From positions 1 to 24,899 of the IMG/VR virus record IMGVR_UViG_3300027762_000035: a DNA stretch of 24,899 nucleotides, one strand, 5' to 3'. The notes beneath the pieces were generated by a model. That model saw nothing but the letters and a program-made list of their open reading frames with translations, had not been told where the DNA came from and made no database searches. Below, one piece after another: positions 1 through 7,393 of the stretch (position 1 is the stretch's first letter; each line of letters opens with the position of its first letter). The DNA comes from a virus. Taxonomy: Duplodnaviria > Caudoviricetes. The translations under genes and the position numbers were made by a program.

Positions 1-311
1 TGGTCAATGCTAATGAATTCAACAAGGTTTCCAAATAAGATATACGTTGCGTCGCTTTTGTTGTGGTGCGCTTCGTTGTAGATGTTTTCGCGGTTTAGTA
101 TTTCAAAGAAATCCCGCATCACAGACGCGCGCAATGCCGGGAACGTCTTTCGCGCAATCGTTATCGTGGCGCCCGCGTTGGGGTTCTTATATGCAAGTTC
201 AATCAATACCAAAAGGAGCGAATACGTTTTGCCTGAACGCGTCCCGCCTTGGTGTACTTGAATGCGTTTGGTGCAGGTTTTCGCGTCGTAGTATGTACGC
301 GCTAACTTCAT
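1..311 (-). CDS. terL: Terminase large subunit, N-terminal ATPase part (PBSX-type; runs off the window edge)
   Basis: Not in the ORF track. Manual translation from the ATG at 311 (ATGA overlap with the terS stop) gives MKLARTYYDAKTCTKRIQVHQGGTRSGKTYSLLLVLIE...ITIARKTFPALRASVMRDF...LVEFISID, with Walker A motif GGTRSGKT. Confidence 0.93.
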   Translation of the reverse strand, partial: MKLARTYYDAKTCTKRIQVHQGGTRSGKTYSLLLVLIELAYKNPNAGATITIARKTFPALRASVMRDFFEILNRENIYNEAHHNKSDATYILFGNLVEFISID

Positions 312-670
312 TCTTGGAACCAAGATAGCGGCCGCGATTCCTGAACCTCGATTTCTTGACGCTCGACGTATCCGCGCGCCTTGCCTTTTGTCTTCAGGAA
401 AAATATAACCGCCGCCGGGTTCTTGTCTTTTATCAAAGCGTGAAGGTGCGTTTCGGCGAAATCCAACGCTTTGTCCGCGATGGATTGTACCGCGGCTTTG
501 TACTGCATATCCGATTGCATCCAATTGTAATGCGCCGACCTTGCGACGCCCGCAACTTGCGCGGCGGTGGAAACAATGCCCAACGATTTTTCGAGCGCCT
601 CCAACATCGCCGCTTTTGCCGCCGTTGTGTTCAGCGCCTCCGGCCGCGAAATCTTTTTTTGTGTGTCCAT
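308..670 (-). CDS. terS: Terminase small subunit / HTH packaging protein
   Basis: MDTQKK...KAAMLEALEKSLGIVSTAAQVAGVARSAHYNWM (HTH)...AAVIFFLKTKGKARGYVERQE. Lies directly upstream of terL. Start moved to the ATG at 670, which has an A-rich leader. Confidence 0.8.
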   Translation of the reverse strand: MDTQKKISRPEALNTTAAKAAMLEALEKSLGIVSTAAQVAGVARSAHYNWMQSDMQYKAAVQSIADKALDFAETHLHALIKDKNPAAVIFFLKTKGKARGYVERQEIEVQESRPLSWFQE

Positions 671-680
671 TGTTGTACGT

Positions 681-1109
681 TCACTTCCCGCAAAGTTCGC
701 ATTTTGGTTTGTCGTCTTCGGTGGGTTCTTTGGGTTCGTCAATTGGTACGTCCAATCCCCAATCAATCAACGCCAATTCGTCCCATTCATTCGCCAATGT
801 ATCCCAATCCCAATCCCCAAATGAAACGTTGTCTTTTATGATGAATTCCCGTTGTTTGTTTTCGGGCCATTCTACGACGTGAACGGGCGTTTCCGATATC
901 CCGGCTTCCCGCATCGCGCTTAACCGCATATTGCCGCCCAAAACAACCCCGTCGGGCGTACACACAACCGGCCGCGCCTCCAACATTTCAGGGAACGCCT
1001 GAAGGGATTGCACCAAGCGTTTGAAATCCCGTTGGCGAATCGTCCGCGGGTTGTCCGGGTTTGGCTTCAGGTTGGATATATGCGTTCTTCCGAATCCGGG
1101 TTTCAACAT
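681..1109 (-). CDS. ParB/Srx N-terminal domain protein
   Basis: LKPNPDNPRTI...VVLGGNMRLSAM...FIIKDNVSFGDWDWDTLAN is a typical phage ParBc-like domain. C-terminal CxxC. Confidence 0.8.
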   Translation of the reverse strand: MLKPGFGRTHISNLKPNPDNPRTIRQRDFKRLVQSLQAFPEMLEARPVVCTPDGVVLGGNMRLSAMREAGISETPVHVVEWPENKQREFIIKDNVSFGDWDWDTLANEWDELALIDWGLDVPIDEPKEPTEDDKPKCELCGK

Positions 1110-1330
1110 ATCGCTTCAGGTTGTTCGATTTGGTCGGCGATAAGTATCAACCATTCGTATTCGTACGAATCCATTGCGCGCTTGAATTCGTTTTGGGCTT
1201 CCTTGCAATGCTTCAAATTCGCATTTTGGATGCCGTAGGAATGCACAACGCCCGCTTTGGCGTACTTCCGTATGTTCGACGCAATTTCAACGCGTTCTTC
1301 GGGCGTATACGGGTTCATTTCAAAAGGCAT
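1103..1330 (-). CDS. Hypothetical protein
   Basis: 75-aa ORF that overlaps both neighbours by a few bases in a tightly packed operon. Confidence 0.65.
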   Translation of the reverse strand: MPFEMNPYTPEERVEIASNIRKYAKAGVVHSYGIQNANLKHCKEAQNEFKRAMDSYEYEWLILIADQIEQPEAIC

Positions 1331-1685
1331 TGCGAATGGCGTCTTGGTATTCCTTAAAAAAGTTTTCGCGGTTGCCGACGGCCCACCATTTCAGGAACCG
1401 CGTTTTGCGCCTTTGCTCGATTGCCATCGCTTGTTCGTCGAGCGTCCAAACGATGCGCCATTTTCCGGATTCATCTTGTTGGTATATCAATCCTTCGTCC
1501 TGCATCGTGGACAATACGGCCGTCAATGTTTGATGTTTGATGTTGCAGGTACGCGCGTCCTTGCGCAATTCCTGCAAATTCATCGGCCCGTTTTCATACA
1601 AGGCAACGTATATGCGTTGTTCGGTTGTCTTAATCAATCCCGATTGCGCCGCTTCGCGGAACGCTTCAATGCTTTTCTTGCTCAT
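1320..1685 (-). CDS. Winged-helix DNA-binding protein (putative)
   Basis: EQRIYVALYENGPMNLQELRKD...HQTLTAVLSTMQDEGLIYQ fits a wHTH pattern. The ATG at 1685 overlaps the upstream stop (TAATG). Confidence 0.65.
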   Translation of the reverse strand: MSKKSIEAFREAAQSGLIKTTEQRIYVALYENGPMNLQELRKDARTCNIKHQTLTAVLSTMQDEGLIYQQDESGKWRIVWTLDEQAMAIEQRRKTRFLKWWAVGNRENFFKEYQDAIRNAF

Positions 1686-1783
1686 TACTTGTACCAAAAT
1701 TTAATTACTTGAACTGCAAGCGCCGCTTGCAACGCAAGCAAGACGAATGCAACGATATCGCCGGGATGGATTTTGCGCTTCAT
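1685..1783 (-). CDS. 32-aa single-TM microprotein
   Basis: MKRKIHPGDIVAFVLLALQAALAVQVIKFWYK. ATGA and TAATG coupling at its two ends. Below the ORF-track cutoff. Confidence 0.65.
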   Translation of the reverse strand: MKRKIHPGDIVAFVLLALQAALAVQVIKFWYK

Positions 1784-1941
1784 TTCTTCGCGTAATATGC
1801 GCCGCGTACCTTGTTGCGAATACTTGCCTTCAAATCGTCAAGTAAGCGTTCCAAATCGCGTTCAAATTTCAAATCGTCTTGCCATTCGTTGAACGAACGC
1901 GCGGCCCGTTCGGGGTACGATGTGCTTTGAATGTTCGGCAT
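1780..1941 (-). CDS. 53-aa hypothetical protein
   Basis: MPNIQSTSYPERAARSFNEWQDDLKFERDLERLLDDLKASIRNKVRGAYYAKK, preceded by the ATCAAACAACA leader. Confidence 0.7.
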   Translation of the reverse strand: MPNIQSTSYPERAARSFNEWQDDLKFERDLERLLDDLKASIRNKVRGAYYAKK

Positions 1942-1955
1942 TGTTGTTTGATTAA

Positions 1956-1977
1956 GCCCCCGGCCGAAGCCGGAGGC
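1956..1977 (-). other. Intergenic RNA hairpin with cUUCGg tetraloop
   Basis: Minus strand GCCTCCGGC-TTCG-GCCGGGGGC. No long U-tract follows. Confidence 0.7.
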
Positions 1978-1994
1978 GATTTCGTTTGTTCAGT

Positions 1995-2186
1995 TCAGGC
2001 GATTTGCCACCGCGTACCAATTTCGGTTCGGCCGCTCATCAATTCAAAGTATCCGTTTTCGGTCATTACTTCGACGTATACGCCGGTATTGGTCATTTCG
2101 TGGCCTACGATTGTAACGCGGAAATCAACGTTTGCGGCGTCATTGTAAACCAATGAAGTTCCGAAGGGAAAGTTTGCGAAGGTCAT
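1995..2186 (-). CDS. Small early hypothetical protein
   Basis: MTFANFPFGTSL... First gene after the promoter at 2215-2266. Start moved to the ATG at 2186. Confidence 0.7.
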   Translation of the reverse strand: MTFANFPFGTSLVYNDAANVDFRVTIVGHEMTNTGVYVEVMTENGYFELMSGRTEIGTRWQIA

Positions 2187-2214
2187 TTTTTCTTGTCGTT
2201 GTTGTTTGATGGAG

Positions 2215-2266
2215 CAAACATACTGCATCGTTTGTTTCCCTGCAAACTTTTCGGCAAGTTTTTTTT
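2215..2266 (-). promoter_or_regulatory. Bacteroidota primary-sigma promoter (early P3)
   Basis: TTTG-N20-TATGTTTG matches the -33 TTTG / -7 TAnnTTTG consensus. A-tract and an extra TTGC lie upstream. Confidence 0.85.
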
Positions 2267-2987
2267 AGGCCCAACCGGGCAAATCCAATTCGCGAACGTC
2301 TTTGAAGTATCCGCCGGGCGTTCCGTCCCATTCTTTGAAACGCTCAATCAACCGGGCGACGCGTTCCGTTGCCATTCGGTGCGCGCGTTCGCTTTGGATA
2401 TACACGGCGACGTTGTGCGGCGCGGCGGATTCTACGCAAATCCAGTAAAACCGCGGGACGTTGAACGCTTGCGTATATAGCGCCGCTTGTTCGTGATATC
2501 CAAGGTTGTGCGCTTGACGTTGGAACCCTTCGGGCGATGCGTCTTGCGTCGTCTTCAAATCGAATATCCAAGTATCCGCAATCCCGTCGGCGATGCCGCG
2601 AAATTCGATGCCGTGTAATTCTTTGGCAATGCCTTGTTCGTACGCGTTGGCCGATTCAATCAAACCCGCCGCGGTGGGGTTGTCGAATATCGCTTGACGC
2701 ATCCGTTGGATGTTGTCGAAATCGGCTTGGGTCAATACGTCGCGGCCGGTGGCTTGCAGGGAAAACGCTTCAAATTCTTGTTTGCCTTCCTTGGTGCGTC
2801 GGTCAATCTTCGGCGCGACGATATACCGGGCATCGAATTCGTGCGGTTCCAATACGAAGCAATGCAACGCGCTTCCGGCAATCATTGCATCCGTCCGCGG
2901 CGCTTCGCCCGCGACGTACTGCAAGTAATGATTCGGCGATTTGGCAAACGCCTTCAATGCCGAATGTGAAATGTAGTTTCGTTTCAT
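2265..2987 (-). CDS. RecE/exonuclease VIII-like PD-(D/E)XK nuclease (DUF3799-like)
   Basis: YISHSALKAFAKSPNHY...GSALHCFVLEP...RRTKEGK...RGIADG..IFDLKTT...GYHEQAALY. Confidence 0.85.
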   Translation of the reverse strand: MKRNYISHSALKAFAKSPNHYLQYVAGEAPRTDAMIAGSALHCFVLEPHEFDARYIVAPKIDRRTKEGKQEFEAFSLQATGRDVLTQADFDNIQRMRQAIFDNPTAAGLIESANAYEQGIAKELHGIEFRGIADGIADTWIFDLKTTQDASPEGFQRQAHNLGYHEQAALYTQAFNVPRFYWICVESAAPHNVAVYIQSERAHRMATERVARLIERFKEWDGTPGGYFKDVRELDLPGWA

Positions 2988-3014
2988 TGTGTTCAGTTGT
3001 TTGAAATGAAAAGT

Positions 3015-3032
3015 AAGGCGCCGAAGCGCCTT
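3015..3032 (-). terminator. cUUCGg hairpin, possible weak terminator or processing site
   Basis: AAGGCGC-TTCG-GCGCCTT followed by ACTTTTCATTT, immediately after a stop codon. Confidence 0.55.
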
Positions 3033-3269
3033 TTAATTGTTCATTGTTTCCTCCAACGCCTCAACCTTCAACATATCTTCATCCATCGATGCGACAATGT
3101 GAAATGCCATCGTGTTGTGATATTTGTGTTCAATGTTGCGCAAGTAATTCACCGCAACTTGTCGCGGCAAAAATGCCAAATCGTATTCGCCGCGCTTAAA
3201 CCATTTTATTCTAATGAATTCATATTGCGGGTTTTGCTCAATGTGGCCAATCAAATCTTGAATTTTCAT
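3033..3269 (-). CDS. Early hypothetical protein
   Basis: MKIQDLIGHIEQNPQ... ATG at 3269 follows the leader TCAAACAACAACGACG. Confidence 0.7.
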   Translation of the reverse strand: MKIQDLIGHIEQNPQYEFIRIKWFKRGEYDLAFLPRQVAVNYLRNIEHKYHNTMAFHIVASMDEDMLKVEALEETMNN

Positions 3270-3289
3270 CGTCGTTGTTGTTTGAGGAA

Positions 3290-3538
3290 TTAACGGGCAA
3301 CCGCGGTTTGGAATGTGTGTGAAGTTGGGATTTGATTTGCGTAGTCCGCGGCCGCTTGTTTTGCGCCTTTGAGCGTGTAGGCCGCAAAGGATTGACCCGG
3401 AATTTCTTTTGTGGTGTAACGAACCGAAACGCGCCATTGTCCGGCGGCAAGGTTCATAATCGTGAAATGTGCGTTGTCAGTTACAAGCCGGTAAATTCCG
3501 TTGCTTCCCTGAACGTCGGTGGCGGTGTAGGTTTTCAT
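3290..3538 (-). CDS. Early hypothetical protein
   Basis: MKTYTATDVQG... First gene after the promoter at 3567-3616. Confidence 0.7.
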   Translation of the reverse strand: MKTYTATDVQGSNGIYRLVTDNAHFTIMNLAAGQWRVSVRYTTKEIPGQSFAAYTLKGAKQAAADYANQIPTSHTFQTAVAR

Positions 3539-3566
3539 CGTCGTGTTGTTGTGTTGTTTGATGCCG

Positions 3567-3616
3567 TAAACATACGCCGTTTTTTTCTTCCCGCAAACTT
3601 TCTTGCAACTTTTTTT
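3567..3616 (-). promoter_or_regulatory. Bacteroidota primary-sigma promoter (early P2)
   Basis: TTTG-N19-TATGTTTA (one mismatch to the consensus). Same upstream architecture as P1 and P3. Confidence 0.75.
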
Positions 3617-4044
3617 CATTGCCGCGGCGTCGCCGACAACGCGTGTTGGTCGGCATCGTTCGCCAAAAGATTTTTGATTTCGCGGATTCGGTCACGCAAG
3701 CACGACGAACACGTTGTTGCAGTGGCCGTCACGCCGGTTGCTTTGGCGTAGTATTCCGCCAACTTCGCATTTTGTTCAGCGGTGATATCGTTACCCAACC
3801 CGCCCAAAAATTCCGCGATTTCGTACGCTTCAACTTGCGTAATCGTGCCTTGCCATTTCCCAAGCGGACAAGCCGCCATTTTGAATTGCGCCTTAACCGG
3901 CATCACGCATCCGCACAACTGAACTTTTTTGACCTTTTTACCCTTCAGGATTGGCCCGCAAGTACGGGTTGACGTAACGTAATGCGGACACGCCTTACAT
4001 ATGGTCAAGCGTTCCGCCCGTGTTTCTTGATTGACGAATAACAT
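3616..4044 (-). CDS. Cys-rich putative zinc-binding protein
   Basis: MLFVNQETRAERLTICKACPHY...LCGCVMPVK..ACPLGKW...TCSSC. Start moved to the ATG at 4044. Confidence 0.75.
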   Translation of the reverse strand: MLFVNQETRAERLTICKACPHYVTSTRTCGPILKGKKVKKVQLCGCVMPVKAQFKMAACPLGKWQGTITQVEAYEIAEFLGGLGNDITAEQNAKLAEYYAKATGVTATATTCSSCLRDRIREIKNLLANDADQHALSATPRQ

Positions 4045-4483
4045 TGGCAAGTATTTTTTTGGTTCTTGATAGTGATTGGTAGATTGTCGCCGCCTGAATG
4101 CCCGATTCGCGGGCGACGTCTGCAAGGTTGTACCCTTCGATGTACAACCGCGCAATTGTTTTGTCGAAGAACGGCAATCGGTCAATGAAAAGTTCCATTT
4201 GTTCCAACCGAAGCGCCGTTTGCAAATCGTCTTTGTCGGCGATATCCGGAACGGCGCCGCGTTCCTCGATGCGGTATATTTTCTTGAATTGCCCGCGCGT
4301 CGCTTCAATGAATATCGCGGTGCAAAAATACCCCATCGGCTTTTCAGGAAACGCCTTGTCGATTACGCGCAAATAAACGTGTGAAACCAAATCGGCATCG
4401 TCCGCGGTATATCGTCTTGCGACGCTACACAAGTACGCGTAATTCGTGGACACGAATTCATCCCAAGATTTTTTCCAGTTCAC
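3995..4483 (-). CDS. ECF-like sigma-70 family factor
   Basis: Region-2-like YAYLCSVARRYTADDADLVSHVYL. Region 4: IDRLPFFDKTIARLYIEGYNLADVARESGIQAATIYQSLSRTKKIL. Confidence 0.75.
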   Translation of the reverse strand: MNWKKSWDEFVSTNYAYLCSVARRYTADDADLVSHVYLRVIDKAFPEKPMGYFCTAIFIEATRGQFKKIYRIEERGAVPDIADKDDLQTALRLEQMELFIDRLPFFDKTIARLYIEGYNLADVARESGIQAATIYQSLSRTKKILANVIRQSRNTGGTLDHM

Positions 4484-4856
4484 GAACTTCGGCGGTGTAG
4501 TGCGCTATCATTTGGGACAATTCCTCGATTGTATAACGCGCCGGGCGGTTCGATTTCAAATAAATTTCGTCCGCCGTCCCTTCGCCGTATTTCGCATTCA
4601 GGTTGCGCCCGAATTCAAATTGGCGCCCGCCGTTCATATTGCAACGCTTGCACTGGAATTGTACGTTCGCTTCGTCCCACCGCGTCGCATACTTCGCGCG
4701 GGTTATGAAATGCCCGGCGTCTACTTCGCGCCAATGCCGGTTCACGCCGCAAGTAAAGCAATTGGCGTGTCCCGATTCGTCGGCAACGCGCATCCGCACG
4801 AACCGCGAAAACACGGCGTCCAGTTTGTGAACTAATGTTGCCCGTTTTGTTGGCAT
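4458..4856 (-). CDS. ninG: NinG/Rap-family recombination endonuclease
   Basis: KLDAVFSRFVRMR...CFTCG...DAGHFITR..ATRWDEANVQFQCKRCN. Confidence 0.88.
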   Translation of the reverse strand: MPTKRATLVHKLDAVFSRFVRMRVADESGHANCFTCGVNRHWREVDAGHFITRAKYATRWDEANVQFQCKRCNMNGGRQFEFGRNLNAKYGEGTADEIYLKSNRPARYTIEELSQMIAHYTAEVRELEKILG

Positions 4857-5473
4857 CGTTCTTTGTCGCGTTGGCGGATTTCTTCGCGTTGTTCCGGCGT
4901 CAATTTAGAACGCCGTTTTAGGATTTCCGCAAAGGTCGGTTTCACTTCCGGCAACGACGCAATCAATTCTTCAAATAACGGCGTCCGCAACGCTTCACTT
5001 TCGATTGCTTCGCGGTAATGCTTTTCCCTGAATTCGCAAGCCGTATTCACGTCGTATTCGCGCAACGCCGCGCAAATTGTCGGCGTGTCAAGCCGCCCGT
5101 ACAAATCAATTTTACCCCGTCGTATTTGGCCGAAAACGTGTTTCACTTCCTCGACGTTCAGCGAGCGGAATTCGTCAATGATATCTTCGGCGCATTGGTA
5201 TATATCGTCCTCCGATTCAAACGTTTTGTTTACCTTGACGGCCCGCATTAGCGCGAACAATTCGCGCGAAATGAGCGCCCGCAAAAATGCGCCGTCTTCC
5301 TTGTTAGCCCGTGAAATGCTTATACCATACCGGCGTATTTGCTCCGGCGCCGTTGGCTTCAAGATGCCTTGCGAATCCCGTTCGGGTAAGGTTAACGCCG
5401 CGTAGTTCAAAAAGTCCCTTCCATCCGTTGGCGATGCTTTGGCCAATGATTGCGATTGCGTTGTTTTCTCCAT
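4832..5473 (-). CDS. Initiator-associated protein (possible helicase loader); start uncertain
   Basis: Follows the initiator gene. Contains EEVKHVFGQIRRGKIDLYGRLDTPTICAALREY. The ATG at 5473 is preceded by TCAAACA. Confidence 0.55.
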   Translation of the reverse strand: MEKTTQSQSLAKASPTDGRDFLNYAALTLPERDSQGILKPTAPEQIRRYGISISRANKEDGAFLRALISRELFALMRAVKVNKTFESEDDIYQCAEDIIDEFRSLNVEEVKHVFGQIRRGKIDLYGRLDTPTICAALREYDVNTACEFREKHYREAIESEALRTPLFEELIASLPEVKPTFAEILKRRSKLTPEQREEIRQRDKERCQQNGQH

Positions 5474-6029
5474 TGTTTGAAATTTTCTGCAAGTTATGCA
5501 ACGCCGTTTGTTCCGTTTTGGCGCTCCGATATTGAAACCGATGTTCAGCGCGGCGGTATTCCTTCCATTCCGACCAAGCCGCCGCGAATTCCTCCGAATC
5601 AAAAGGCATCACGATATCAACCGCCTTTTGTTTCATAGGTTGTTTCATAGATTGTTTTATATCTTGTTTCATATGTGCGCCATTTGGCGCAAGTTTTGCG
5701 CGTTTAGGCGCAACCTTTTGCGCGTCCGGGCGCAAGTTCTTGCGCGTATACGCGCAACTTCCAACCGGTACTTGCGCCGAAATGCGCAACGTTCTTGTTG
5801 GCCCGTAGCCGTCCCGCACGATGAAACCGGAACGCACCAATCCGACCAAGATTTTGCGCGCTTGTTGTTCCGAACATTGCAGGCGCTCCGCAAAATATAC
5901 GTCGCCTGCAAAGCATTCGCGGCCCGTATCAATGAACGAAGCAACTTCCGCAAGAAAGATGCGTTCGCCCATTGATAACGCGCGCAATTGCCAAATGCGT
6001 TCAGGAATCCAAATGCCCGCCCGCTCCAT
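5304..6029 (-). CDS. Phage replication initiator (N-terminal wHTH, lambda O-like layout)
   Basis: GIWIPERIW...CFAGDVYFAERLQCSEQQARKILVGLVRSGFI; repeat-encoded linker; C-terminal EFAAAWSEWKEYR...QSIANGWKGLF. Confidence 0.82.
   Translation of the reverse strand: MERAGIWIPERIWQLRALSMGERIFLAEVASFIDTGRECFAGDVYFAERLQCSEQQARKILVGLVRSGFIVRDGYGPTRTLRISAQVPVGSCAYTRKNLRPDAQKVAPKRAKLAPNGAHMKQDIKQSMKQPMKQKAVDIVMPFDSEEFAAAWSEWKEYRRAEHRFQYRSAKTEQTALHNLQKISNNGENNAIAIIGQSIANGWKGLFELRGVNLTRTGFARHLEANGAGANTPVWYKHFTG
5628..5675. repeat. Four 12-bp AT-rich tandem repeats (candidate unwinding element)
   Basis: TTGTTTCATAGG TTGTTTCATAGA TTGTTTTATATC TTGTTTCATATG. Confidence 0.85.
5675..5789. repeat. Five palindromic iterons TTGCGC-N6-GCGCAA (candidate origin)
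   Basis: Copies start at 5675 (GTGCGC variant), 5696, 5718, 5740 and 5772. Confidence 0.85.
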
Positions 6030-6246
6030 ATATCGTTTGTTCTTGACGCGTTACGGCGTCAACCATTACTTGAAATTCCGTCCCCGTCAACGCCCGAAAT
6101 TCCCGCGCATACTTCAGAAAGTTGCGCGGCGTTTGTGTTATCCAGTTCCGAAGCGTTGGGATTGTAAGATTCATCGCTTCCGCCGTTTCCGTGACGCTCT
6201 TGTAATGCGTCAAGAAAAGCAATTCCAAAGGGGTTTTTCCGTTCAT
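6001..6246 (-). CDS. Cro-like HTH protein
   Basis: HYKSVTETAEAMNLTIPTLRNWI fits an HTH. ATG at 6246, directly upstream of the initiator. Confidence 0.65.
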   Translation of the reverse strand: MNGKTPLELLFLTHYKSVTETAEAMNLTIPTLRNWITQTPRNFLKYAREFRALTGTEFQVMVDAVTRQEQTIYGAGGHLDS

Positions 6247-6388
6247 TTTGATTGATAAATTCAGTTGCTTGTTCAAAGGTCATTTCACCGATTCGCATCA
6301 ACCCGCTCACATTCGCAAACGGGTTGTCGCGCCAATAACATATCAAATCGGTTTTCGTTGTTTTGTCCGGTAAGGGTTGCCGCGGCAT
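6059..6388 (-). CDS. Hypothetical protein (C-terminal half overlaps the HTH gene)
   Basis: ATG coupled to the upstream TAA (TAATG). Fills the 6247-6388 gap. Confidence 0.5.
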   Translation of the reverse strand: MPRQPLPDKTTKTDLICYWRDNPFANVSGLMRIGEMTFEQATEFINQNERKNPFGIAFLDALQERHGNGGSDESYNPNASELDNTNAAQLSEVCAGISGVDGDGISSNG

Positions 6389-6762
6389 TACTGCAAAAGC
6401 GAATTGCGAAGGTCAAGCATTTTGCGCGCGGTTAGTACCAATTCTTTGTCGTCGTGAAAACTATATTCTTGACAAATTGCGTATTGGATTGCTTGCCCAA
6501 TCGCCCACGACGCATCAATTCGTTTTTGTACTTCGGGCGATGCTTGCGCCTTGGATTCCATTTGCGGCCGCGACAACTTAAAACTTGTCCCGTAGTTGCC
6601 CTCAGTTACCTGAACTTCTACTTCGTCGCCGACCTTCCAAGCGTCTTTCGTTTTGCAGTTTACGCGACCCGTACGGCCGTCGTCCAACGTTGCATCGTAT
6701 TGATACAACAAGCCAAACTTGGATTCCCAAGTTCCGGTGAATTGTAGGTTTGTGATTTTCAT
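6388..6762 (-). CDS. Putative OB-fold single-stranded DNA-binding protein
   Basis: Beta-rich N-terminus (GTWESKFGLLYQY..LDDGRTG...WKVGDEVEV) located in the replication cluster. Function inferred. Confidence 0.5.
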   Translation of the reverse strand: MKITNLQFTGTWESKFGLLYQYDATLDDGRTGRVNCKTKDAWKVGDEVEVQVTEGNYGTSFKLSRPQMESKAQASPEVQKRIDASWAIGQAIQYAICQEYSFHDDKELVLTARKMLDLRNSLLQ

Positions 6763-6917
6763 TTGTCGAAATGTTTTTCGATGTATTCGTTCAGTTCTTC
6801 AATTGCGCGCTCGACGTTGAACAAATGCCATTCGATGCCGTACGCTTCGCGGTTCGCCAATTCGCGCAACCAATGCGCGTAGTATTCTTGGACGTCTTGT
6901 TTGAATTCGTGTTTCAT
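6759..6917 (-). CDS. Hypothetical protein (52 aa)
   Basis: MKHEFKQDVQEYYAHW... ATGA overlaps on both sides. Confidence 0.65.
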   Translation of the reverse strand: MKHEFKQDVQEYYAHWLRELANREAYGIEWHLFNVERAIEELNEYIEKHFDK

Positions 6918-7108
6918 AGCGTCGCCAAATCCGCAAGCATTGCAACCTGAATGTTGTCGACGAAAATTGGACACAATTTGCCGTCGGGCGTCTTTGCTTC
7001 AACAAGCAATTGCGGCCCAAAATGCGCGTCGTGGATTGCTTCCGTCGTGAAGCCGCGCGCCTCGAAATAGGCGGCGGCGTGTTTCACTTGTTCGTTGGTC
7101 AGTTTCAT
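6914..7108 (-). CDS. Early hypothetical protein
   Basis: MKLTNEQ... preceded by the leader ATCAAACAACGAAACA. Confidence 0.72.
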   Translation of the reverse strand: MKLTNEQVKHAAAYFEARGFTTEAIHDAHFGPQLLVEAKTPDGKLCPIFVDNIQVAMLADLATL

Positions 7109-7127
7109 TGTTTCGTTGTTTGATGGG

Positions 7128-7364
7128 TTAGATTTTTACGTATTCGATTTTTTCGCATTGGAAGTTTGCCAACTTTTCCTTGGATTGTGTTTTCCACATT
7201 TTAGCGATATCCTTTGCGCGGCCGCCTTTGAATGCCTTTGAATCGCGGAATTCCAAGCGTTGCTTTTCAATCGCGATTGTTTCACCGGTGATTGCCGAAG
7301 TGTAGGTGTAAGACACTTGAACGGCGTACCAAATCGGTTGCAGGGTTGCGGTGTGATTGTCCAT
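7128..7364 (-). CDS. First early gene, hypothetical
   Basis: MDNHTATLQPIWY... First ATG after the promoter at 7394-7443. Confidence 0.7.
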   Translation of the reverse strand: MDNHTATLQPIWYAVQVSYTYTSAITGETIAIEKQRLEFRDSKAFKGGRAKDIAKMWKTQSKEKLANFQCEKIEYVKI

Positions 7365-7393
7365 CGTGGTGTGTGTTTGTTTGTTTGACCCGA

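Noticed and set aside
681-1109. ParB as evidence of a plasmid-prophage partition system
   Set aside because: Only the ParB/Srx N-terminal domain is present. No ParA or parS array was seen, and such genes are common beside phage terminases.
5628-5789. Repeats as a mini-CRISPR array
   Set aside because: The units are too short, there are no spacer-sized unique segments, they lie inside a CDS, and there are no cas genes.
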